Shown here: piece after piece, positions 46,862 to 54,546 of the stretch | How the letters are laid out: each line of letters starts with the position of its first letter | Numbering within the stretch: position 1 is the stretch's first letter | Source: Escherichia phage ECML-4 | Strand: one strand, 5' to 3' | DNA length: 64,000 bases | Sequence record: JX128257 | The notes under the pieces: generated by a model | The model's database searches: none | The model's input: the letters and a program-made list of their open reading frames with translations, nothing else | Told to the model about the DNA's origin: nothing | Program-made: the position numbers and the translations under genes

Positions 46862-48772
46862 TTATTCTCCCTCTGTTTCAAACAAACAAACATCACTAAA
46901 CCAGGTTTTGCGGTAATCGGCGGCCTCATCACCGAAGCCGTTCTTCAGTGATTCTTTGTAGTTGTCATCCAACGTGACCGTCGTAGTATACGCATCCAGA
47001 TTGTTTAGAATACGTTTGAAGTCTTCAGTGCTGTTACCACCAAGACCTTTCAGATATTTCTTCTTCGTAATCTTCTTGGCGTCAGGGGTTTTTAAAAATT
47101 CTTCATATTCCGTATTGCTCATAAACTCATACATCGTTTTACCACACCAAATACGCATGTATGGTGTGCGCAGGAGTTTCAGCCTACCCTGACGGACGTA
47201 CTCCGGCCAATATGTGCAATACAGAGTAATCAACAAACCACGGATGTGAATGCCATCATCGTCCGCATCGGTGGCTACAACAGTCTGTGGGTAGCGGGTG
47301 ATATCAATCGGCTGACCTGGGACTGCGCCTCCATGAATCGTGCAAAGATTCTTGAACTCCTCATTATTCATTACCTTTGATCGCGGATTGTTTAAACAAT
47401 TGATGAATTTACCACGCAAAGGGAATAATCCAATCTTTTTAGTATCACGGGCGTTCAGGATAGGATTGGACGCGCTGTCACCTTCAGTCAATAACAGAGA
47501 GCACCCACTGCGATCACCACGGGCGGTCGCCGGATAATACTTCTCTATCTCACGATAATCCCGTTTGCTAATATCCTTCTTGGCCTTTTCAAATTCAGCA
47601 TCATCTTGGTCGTTACGCAAGGCGGCCAATTCTTTGCTCAGGCCAGCTGTGACAAACTCCAGAGCCTTCCGGATTAGTTTATCGCTGGGTTTATAGGTCG
47701 TACCAAACTGGCTAACAGGAGTCGTCATACGCTCCTTGGTTTGGCTATCAAAACGAGGGTTGTTGATATCAGCCGAGATGAAAAGCATCATATGGTTTTT
47801 AATCATAGAAGGCTTCAGATCAGTCTTAAACTTTTTCACCAATTGTGGGCGAATCGCATTCACGATCTGGTCAGCAACGTAATCCACATGAGGACCACCG
47901 ATATGGGTGGCAATGCTGTTCACATATGATGCATGAATAAACGTCCCTTGTGAAGGAGCAACAGCAACAGACCACTCCTCTGTTTCATCAACAGAAGAAC
48001 CTTGGCAAAAGTAATCCACAAAATGGCCAAATCGGTCGATACGGATTTGTTTCCCGTTCAGAATGACTTTCAGGCGCGGGTTACAAGCAGCCACTTCAAA
48101 TGCGCGGCGATAGATCATCAACAAGTTATTTTGATCAAGACCTTTGACACCCAGACGCGCATAATCAGGTATCCATGCGATAGACGTCCCAGGGGCATTC
48201 AAATTACTGATCACCGGATTAGAACGTTTGCTCAAATTGTCTTCAAATGTTTGAGTGTAAGACTTCTTCCCGTCATTTGTCGTGACACGGAACCATTTTG
48301 AAAATACGTTGACCAGTGAAGCCCCTTCACCGTTCTGACCACCTGATTTTTTGTTATTGTATTCTTCATCGTCGTCGTTGAAGTTGCTACCCGCATAGAG
48401 GGAGCCAAATAACATTTCAGGGAGCCATTCCTTTGTCTCCCCGTGTTTAACAACCGGAATACCCCCATTGTCAGCCACGATGATCTGACCATTCATAGGA
48501 GAAACGGTAATGGTGATTTCTGTGAGGCTTTTACCTTCTGGCGTTTTGCTATGATCTACAGAGTTGGTGATAATTTCATCAAACTGTTTAATCAATGCAG
48601 GAGAATATTCAAAATTATCCTTGAATATAACTTGATCTTTTATTGGATCATATATCCAAGTTGTTCCAACGGCTGAACGGATACTACCCAGATGACGCTC
48701 TGGGCGAAGAAGGATATGCTCTATGTGAGTGAGCTTTTTGTATTTTCGTTCAATATCAATCATATTAGACAT
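46862..48772 (-). CDS. DNA topoisomerase II large subunit (GyrB-like ATPase plus TOPRIM; T4 gp39 and gp60 equivalent fused)
   Basis: GHKL ATPase motifs (VADNGGIP, GGQNGEGAS) and TOPRIM motifs (LTEGDSA, DADDDG) in a single 636 aa ORF. Confidence 0.85.
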   Translation of the reverse strand: MSNMIDIERKYKKLTHIEHILLRPERHLGSIRSAVGTTWIYDPIKDQVIFKDNFEYSPALIKQFDEIITNSVDHSKTPEGKSLTEITITVSPMNGQIIVADNGGIPVVKHGETKEWLPEMLFGSLYAGSNFNDDDEEYNNKKSGGQNGEGASLVNVFSKWFRVTTNDGKKSYTQTFEDNLSKRSNPVISNLNAPGTSIAWIPDYARLGVKGLDQNNLLMIYRRAFEVAACNPRLKVILNGKQIRIDRFGHFVDYFCQGSSVDETEEWSVAVAPSQGTFIHASYVNSIATHIGGPHVDYVADQIVNAIRPQLVKKFKTDLKPSMIKNHMMLFISADINNPRFDSQTKERMTTPVSQFGTTYKPSDKLIRKALEFVTAGLSKELAALRNDQDDAEFEKAKKDISKRDYREIEKYYPATARGDRSGCSLLLTEGDSASNPILNARDTKKIGLFPLRGKFINCLNNPRSKVMNNEEFKNLCTIHGGAVPGQPIDITRYPQTVVATDADDDGIHIRGLLITLYCTYWPEYVRQGRLKLLRTPYMRIWCGKTMYEFMSNTEYEEFLKTPDAKKITKKKYLKGLGGNSTEDFKRILNNLDAYTTTVTLDDNYKESLKNGFGDEAADYRKTWFSDVCLFETEGE

Positions 48773-48819
48773 CGGCCTATCCCGTCAATGGTAAACACAA
48801 GATTATGTATGGGGTCGGC

Positions 48820-49398
48820 TTATAGACCAAATTTACCGCGCCATTTCTGTACTTTGTGTTCAACAGCGCGTTCTACGTCAGGGATCGTACTCTTGAGATT
48901 GCAATGGCAGTCACAAGCCAGTTTAGCCGTGTGGCGAATAACACCGTTGATCAGATCAAAGATTTGGTCATTTGAACGCTGCGGCTGGTTCAGAAGTCGG
49001 GTGATGCGGCCTTTGTAATGATTGATCCTAGCCAACTGCCTATCCACCGGATCTACACCACCACAGAACCAGTAATCTTCCAAGGTATGCTCTGATAAGT
49101 TTGTTGTGTGGTTGGCCTGAGCCAACGCATAAATGACAGAATCGAATATTTCTTCTTTTGTCATGGAACCATGTTGTTGGATATGCTGATATTCACAAAC
49201 ATACAACAAATCCAGAGCCGAGATGATAACATCCGCCACTTCCCCATTCAAAGGTTCCGACGCAGCAATCCCGTAGAACACGTCCGATAGTTCACATGTT
49301 TCTTCTACAAGTTTACAGAACACAAATACAGATGGACGATCCGGTTCGTTCTGGCTGAGTTCATAAGATGTTTCTAAGATGCGACGAATAAATTTCAT
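48820..49398 (-). CDS. MazG-like nucleotide pyrophosphohydrolase (putative)
   Basis: EETCELSD and EVADVIISALDL motifs resembling the all-alpha NTP-PPase fold. Confidence 0.5.
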   Translation of the reverse strand: MKFIRRILETSYELSQNEPDRPSVFVFCKLVEETCELSDVFYGIAASEPLNGEVADVIISALDLLYVCEYQHIQQHGSMTKEEIFDSVIYALAQANHTTNLSEHTLEDYWFCGGVDPVDRQLARINHYKGRITRLLNQPQRSNDQIFDLINGVIRHTAKLACDCHCNLKSTIPDVERAVEHKVQKWRGKFGL

Positions 49399-49895
49399 TT
49401 CAAATATCCTTCTAAGCGAAAGCGGTTGATATGTTGTATGATAAAGTCCATAGAGTTTTGAAAACTATATTTCCCCTGATGCTCATATGCATGAATAAGG
49501 GGAAGTCGGCTGTGAGCCAATTGGAATCGCAGTCTTGGTGGCATAGACAACAACTTGGCTGATGTCGCCGCGATAATACGAGAACGCAATATGGGGGAAT
49601 CTGAATCAACGAGAGGGATTTGTATTTTACCCAAATCCAATCCATACTTCTTGGCTTCATAACCACTCAGATGCCGAAGAGCATCATCGCGATATTTTAT
49701 CCAGTACCAATAACCCTCGATAGAATCGAAGTGCCCGTCCAGGGTTTCAATCGGATGATGGGTAAAATGCGATAGGAATTTTCCCAGATCAGTCCGGCTT
49801 TGGCTGTATATGTTGTAATGATTGACACCCTCAGTTATAGGCGTCATCGCTTTCTTTGAAACATTCAGTAATATAAGCATGATATAGAGTCTCAA
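49395..49895 (-). CDS. hypothetical protein
   Basis: ORF. Confidence 0.45.
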   Translation of the reverse strand: MRLYIMLILLNVSKKAMTPITEGVNHYNIYSQSRTDLGKFLSHFTHHPIETLDGHFDSIEGYWYWIKYRDDALRHLSGYEAKKYGLDLGKIQIPLVDSDSPILRSRIIAATSAKLLSMPPRLRFQLAHSRLPLIHAYEHQGKYSFQNSMDFIIQHINRFRLEGYLK

Positions 49896-49920
49896 ATCAA
49901 AATTGCTGTGTGTAATCAGG

Positions 49921-50112
49921 TCAAATCTTTTTATATGCTTTCAGGGTACAGATAATAGAGACGCCGCCAAATAGAACGAGCAATATGAATCGTTCCATCC
50001 TAAAATCAGGAAGGGAAAGCAGTCCCACAAGGCTGTCTAAAGCAATCATGAACGTTACTCCAGTCAGCATGCCCAACTTAAAGGAGTTGGAACCTCTTTT
50101 GCAACGTAGCAT
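49921..50112 (-). CDS. small membrane protein (two hydrophobic segments)
   Basis: 63 aa ORF with strong GGAGGTGA SD. Confidence 0.4.
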   Translation of the reverse strand: MLRCKRGSNSFKLGMLTGVTFMIALDSLVGLLSLPDFRMERFILLVLFGGVSIICTLKAYKKI

Positions 50113-50159
50113 AAATCACCTCCGATTCAAATGGGGAGTTTCCTCCCCATACAAATTAT

Positions 50160-50663
50160 CTAGCCCAGAAACACTACTAAAGTCAAATTTGTAAAGCAGC
50201 TGCGATTATCTTTTAACATTTGATGGGCAGCGGAAAGGCGCTTAGCATCATGCAGAGTATCTGAAAACACGATGATATTGGCCTTGTCGATTTTGGTCCC
50301 CATAAAATTGGCCATGGTCGACGTTTTCTCTTTTCGATCAAATTTTTCATACTGCTCCCCTGTGGTTACATTTTTCGATTGAGTGAAAAACGTATCACGT
50401 TCACGAGCAGTGTGAAATACACCGAATACGTCGATTTCATTTTCAATTTGGAATTTTTCAGAAAGGAGTTTCTTTAACGCCGCAGTGTGACCAGTCTGGC
50501 GAAGCATTCGATAGTAGAGCATGCTCCCACTGCCTGCGGGATCAAGGTCGTAACGAATCCGGCGGTCTTTTTGAATTTCATACGCATCTAGAACCAATTG
50601 TTGTAGCATTTCAATATGCGCATTAAGGGATACTTCTACTTTTCGTTTAACTAAAGATTTCAT
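50160..50663 (-). CDS. hypothetical protein
   Basis: ORF. Confidence 0.45.
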   Translation of the reverse strand: MKSLVKRKVEVSLNAHIEMLQQLVLDAYEIQKDRRIRYDLDPAGSGSMLYYRMLRQTGHTAALKKLLSEKFQIENEIDVFGVFHTARERDTFFTQSKNVTTGEQYEKFDRKEKTSTMANFMGTKIDKANIIVFSDTLHDAKRLSAAHQMLKDNRSCFTNLTLVVFLG

Positions 50664-50730
50664 TGTTGGAGCCTCGAATTTACGTTCCGCTCATGGGGAA
50701 CATAAAAATTATACCCTTAGACACAACAAT

Positions 50731-50753
50731 GAAAAAGAGGCCGAAGCCTCTTT
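50731..50753 (-). terminator. rho-independent terminator (minus strand)
   Basis: GAGGC-CGAA-GCCTC stem followed by a T-run on the minus strand. Confidence 0.65.
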
Positions 50754-50973
50754 AATCGTCATATTTGCCTGTCCTGAAATTCCATTTCCTGGCCTTGGAT
50801 AGGTCAAGATCTTTGAATATATTACCGAAGATCTTTTTAAACCCTGACTCTTCTTCAAGATCTTTCGGTCTCTTGACAGGTTCTTGAACCATACCGCCTT
50901 CGGGTTTCCCCACATCAGCGGTAGTGGTGGCCGGAGCAGAAGAGTCTTCGAGGTAATCCTGGAAGCTCTTCAT
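50752..50973 (-). CDS. hypothetical protein
   Basis: ORF. Confidence 0.4.
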   Translation of the reverse strand: MKSFQDYLEDSSAPATTTADVGKPEGGMVQEPVKRPKDLEEESGFKKIFGNIFKDLDLSKARKWNFRTGKYDD

Positions 50974-50976
50974 AGA

Positions 50977-51786
50977 TTACACCACAGCCAGTTCACAACG
51001 GGCGGAAGTTACAGAATGGCCGTCCGCGTCTTCTACAACACACCAGTACTCACCCTCAGAAGCAGCGGTGACAGCGTGGTTGACCAGAGACGCAGTCGCT
51101 GCTGTTGGGTTAACACCAGCATCAATCACCACACCTTCGCCGCCAGGGGTGTCAGAGTAATACCACGCATAAGAGTACGGCGTGGTGCCGCCAGCAGCAA
51201 CGATAGTGAATGTCGCATCAGCGCCGTCGGCCACGTCCTGAGAAGCAGCCAGATCGGTTGTCAACGACAACAGTCCTGCGATGGTAATGACGGTAGAATC
51301 GGTGTGATTTCCTTCTACAGTAACACCATAAACTGTAACAGAACCAGACTGAAGCAGTTTGAATTTACCACCGCCGATATGGATCGCCTTCGTCAGGTCG
51401 CCAGAATACCAGTTCACTCCTTGATATGTTGCGTTCACAGGAGCAACAGTGGCCAGCAATTCAACGATTTGGCCTATTTCCCCGCTGGCCGTAGCCGGAG
51501 TAATGGTCAGACCTGTGGTAAGAACAGCAGTCGGATCATGGATTTCATAAGAAACCTGGAAACCTACTGGCTTGGTCGGATCAACTTTGGTGACACCGTC
51601 CGCTTGCAGATTACTTTTGGTCAGCAACGCATCAAGACCTTTACATTCGGTCAGGATCTCATCAGGATCTTGATTTAGGCTGGTTTTTTGCCAACCCTTT
51701 GCAACACCCGTCACGACATGATTGCGTTCGGTTTCCGGTTTGTTGCGGACAACTTCCGGCGCGACTAATACTGTGATTGTTGGCAT
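50977..51786 (-). CDS. Ig-like domain protein (possible Hoc-like capsid decoration or adhesin)
   Basis: Thr/Val/Gly/Ala-rich beta-strand repeats with Ig-like signature (YSYAWYYS ... EYWCVVEDADG); ATG at 51786 with GGAGGA SD. Confidence 0.5.
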   Translation of the reverse strand: MPTITVLVAPEVVRNKPETERNHVVTGVAKGWQKTSLNQDPDEILTECKGLDALLTKSNLQADGVTKVDPTKPVGFQVSYEIHDPTAVLTTGLTITPATASGEIGQIVELLATVAPVNATYQGVNWYSGDLTKAIHIGGGKFKLLQSGSVTVYGVTVEGNHTDSTVITIAGLLSLTTDLAASQDVADGADATFTIVAAGGTTPYSYAWYYSDTPGGEGVVIDAGVNPTAATASLVNHAVTAASEGEYWCVVEDADGHSVTSARCELAVV

Positions 51787-52157
51787 GGTTTCCTCCACTC
51801 ATCCAAATCGTTGTTCAGAGCCATCATCAGCTCGTTATCTGGTTCGTATGAACCGGAACATAAATCATCTCTCCAAACTCCTAACGTCAACAGCGCTGCC
51901 TTTAGACGAGGATGTTGGTTCTTATCCGTTTTCAACACCAGCATTCGACACACAGCTTCAGTTTCGAAAGTATTGAAAAGAATAATCAATTGATTGATAA
52001 GCACACGAGGACTTTTCCCTGGCACAAATCTCTTCAATGATTGATTAATTAGCGAAATTCGCTGAATGTCTACCATCAAATCATCCCGTGAGACACCAGC
52101 AGTGATATAGTGTCTCAGGGCATATTCCATCAAATTGCTTTCGTCAACGATAGCCAT
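51765..52157 (-). CDS. hypothetical protein
   Basis: ORF. Confidence 0.45.
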   Translation of the reverse strand: MAIVDESNLMEYALRHYITAGVSRDDLMVDIQRISLINQSLKRFVPGKSPRVLINQLIILFNTFETEAVCRMLVLKTDKNQHPRLKAALLTLGVWRDDLCSGSYEPDNELMMALNNDLDEWRKPCQQSQY

Positions 52158-52189
52158 ATTGAATTATAATCAGCAGTTATACACTGGGA

Positions 52190-52603
52190 TTATTTAATCT
52201 GGAGTTTTTCAGTCAATTGAGCAATAATTTCATTCCGGTCGGTAGAAACAATTCCCAAAGGTTCGGCCAATGTTTTAAGATCATTGATGTCAAGCAAGAG
52301 AAGGACTTCAACCGTAATATCGGTGGATACCACAGTGCCTGGTTTCATAGGCTTACCGAACTTGTCTAACCCATATCGACGTAAAGTACCCGCCAGCCCC
52401 GTAAGTTCCGCGAGAAGCTCCTTCGTGCCGTCTTTGTATTCACAGACCCAACCGTAGTCACCAGCATAAACGACGCCACCGTCGCCCCCCTGAGGGATGT
52501 TATCCACCACACGCTGGAGATAACTTGGGAGTTTGTTTTCTTCCTGGGCGGTGATTTCCTGGGAAGTTTGGGTATTTTCAATTTTCTTTGGTGTCTTCGC
52601 CAT
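52190..52603 (-). CDS. hypothetical protein
   Basis: ATG at 52603 with AGGAGAA SD. Confidence 0.45.
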   Translation of the reverse strand: MAKTPKKIENTQTSQEITAQEENKLPSYLQRVVDNIPQGGDGGVVYAGDYGWVCEYKDGTKELLAELTGLAGTLRRYGLDKFGKPMKPGTVVSTDITVEVLLLLDINDLKTLAEPLGIVSTDRNEIIAQLTEKLQIK

Positions 52604-52877
52604 GATCAGTTCTCCTATAGACTGTAATGTATTTACCACAGCAATTGCAGCAATAAACGTGCATGGAATATCCGTCGTCATTGAAATCACACCCACCACA
52701 ACGACAGAACAATTTCACAAACTGGTCACCACTGACTTCTCTTGGAGGAAAATTCTTAAACGAGTATTCTCTGAGTTCACCCTCAAATTGGAATGAATCA
52801 ACAAGGAACTTTGTTTTTCGGCGCAGTGATCCAAATGCCTGTTGCTCATACACGAAGTAAACATCTCTGGTTTCCAT
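52578..52877 (-). CDS. hypothetical Cys-rich protein
   Basis: ORF with GAGG SD; CRCGGC and CCNCCG clusters. Confidence 0.45.
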   Translation of the reverse strand: METRDVYFVYEQQAFGSLRRKTKFLVDSFQFEGELREYSFKNFPPREVSGDQFVKLFCRCGGCDFNDDGYSMHVYCCNCCGKYITVYRRTDHGEDTKEN

Positions 52878-52885
52878 ATTAACCT

Positions 52886-52912
52886 CAAAGAAAAGGAGGC
52901 CGAAGCCCCCTC
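52886..52912 (-). terminator. rho-independent terminator after rIIB (minus strand)
   Basis: GGGGGC-UUCG-GCCUCC stem (with one G-U pair) followed by UUUUCUUUG on the minus strand. Confidence 0.65.
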
Positions 52913-52930
52913 TTTTATGTCAGTTCGCGG

Positions 52931-54514
52931 TTACTTGTACAGACCGTCAACGTCAATAGATTTATGTTGGCGGTTGTATTCCGTGGTATAGTCATCCAAC
53001 ACGAGATATTCACAGCAGCGGATTTTACTAGAACCGTAATCATCAGTGATAGACACGATGTCTTTCGGGTTCAGTTTACAACGCACAACCCGCTGGCCCA
53101 GGCTACCGAAACATTGTTTCAGATACGCCAGAGAACAAACGTGAAGACCATAGGAGCACAGGTCTTTGTTGTTATCGTTCACGAATGAGCGAGCCATCCG
53201 GACGATAGTGCCAGGTGCGTTGCTGACTTTACCTGTGCGCTTATCCATATAATTTCCGCGAACGGATTTGTATAGAATAATGTCGCCGTCTTCATGAATC
53301 TCAATGTCTGAGTATGCCATGAATTCATAGATCCGACCAGACTGAACCAGAGCAGCGCTCGGGTTTTGGAACATCTTGTCAAGGAAACGGCCCAAGCGTT
53401 CCAAGTTCGGATAATCGCCTTTTAATGCCAAAGCCAAAATGCGTTTGGCAACGGAAGTTCCGGTGATATCATATCCACCCCAGCGAACACGGTTGTCTGA
53501 AAGATCAACCATGCCTGTAGTGAATTGTTTGATGGCTTCACGCGGTTTCATCAGAGTGTAAGCTGTTTTGACGTCACGATTTTTAATCGCTTCAACAATA
53601 CGGTCATACGCCTGGTGGCTCGTTGTGATCGTTTCCGGTTTACCATCGACCACAATCACGATACTTTCCGGCAAAATCATGATCTGGTGTTCGTTCAGGA
53701 ACACAGACAGTTCTTTTTCATTAAATGAATTCTGAGTTTGCTTGTCGCCTGTTTCTTCAACAACTGCAACCGTCTTGACCACGAATAATACGGATGACAA
53801 TGCCAGACGAAGTGTACGGCCTAAAATTGCATCAAAGTAACCCACGCGCCGACGGGCATCAAGGGAACCGCGCATCGGATATGTTTCACCGTCATGCTGT
53901 ACGCTGATTTTCACACCATCATTGACTTTAACCACACCATCAACCAATGCAGTAGCCAGTTCTGCTAACGGCGAAATATTTTCTTCATTGAAGCGGCTTG
54001 ACCGAGTTTCTAACGGTTTCAGTTCTTCGCTTCTGAAAAGTTTGGCCTGAATAGCAGCAGAGCTATCATAACGCATACAGATAAACACTGTTTGGTTTTC
54101 CAGGAAACGGCCAACATACCATTCTTCGTCTTCAGAATCGACAGACACCGAACCTTCCAGAACTTCATAGGTGTCGGGGATTTTCCCTTCTTCAGTCAAT
54201 TCTTTAATTGGCGAAATCACGACCACGTTATTAGATTCTTTGATGATACGAACCATCAGGGCGCGGGCAATTGTTTTGGCACTGACACCATAAACTGATG
54301 CCAGAGAAGAATTGCTTTCACCTTTGCTGCTCTTGGTTTGTATTTCTTGAATCTGTTCAGTGGTCAGAGACTTAATCGAAGCCGGATCCACTCCCAGTTC
54401 TTTATCCGACACGCGTTGTATCATTGAGCGCGGTACGCCCAATTCACTGGCTATTGAACTTTGACTTCTGTTCTCATTCAACAGCTTGAGAATACGTTTT
54501 TCTATAGCATTCAT
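52931..54514 (-). CDS. rIIB: rIIB-like protein
   Basis: Directly downstream of the rIIA-like gene; N-terminal helix-turn-helix-like segments. Assignment is mainly by synteny. Confidence 0.55.
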   Translation of the reverse strand: MNAIEKRILKLLNENRSQSSIASELGVPRSMIQRVSDKELGVDPASIKSLTTEQIQEIQTKSSKGESNSSLASVYGVSAKTIARALMVRIIKESNNVVVISPIKELTEEGKIPDTYEVLEGSVSVDSEDEEWYVGRFLENQTVFICMRYDSSAAIQAKLFRSEELKPLETRSSRFNEENISPLAELATALVDGVVKVNDGVKISVQHDGETYPMRGSLDARRRVGYFDAILGRTLRLALSSVLFVVKTVAVVEETGDKQTQNSFNEKELSVFLNEHQIMILPESIVIVVDGKPETITTSHQAYDRIVEAIKNRDVKTAYTLMKPREAIKQFTTGMVDLSDNRVRWGGYDITGTSVAKRILALALKGDYPNLERLGRFLDKMFQNPSAALVQSGRIYEFMAYSDIEIHEDGDIILYKSVRGNYMDKRTGKVSNAPGTIVRMARSFVNDNNKDLCSYGLHVCSLAYLKQCFGSLGQRVVRCKLNPKDIVSITDDYGSSKIRCCEYLVLDDYTTEYNRQHKSIDVDGLYK

Positions 54515-54546
54515 CTTGTAGTTCTCACTGTGGGGTAATGGGGCTA

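Noticed and set aside
50884-51678. 264 aa plus-strand ORF
   Set aside because: Entirely antisense to the Ig-like gene in a GC-rich stretch; Arg/Ser/Gly-rich low-complexity translation; no SD. Judged a compositional artefact.
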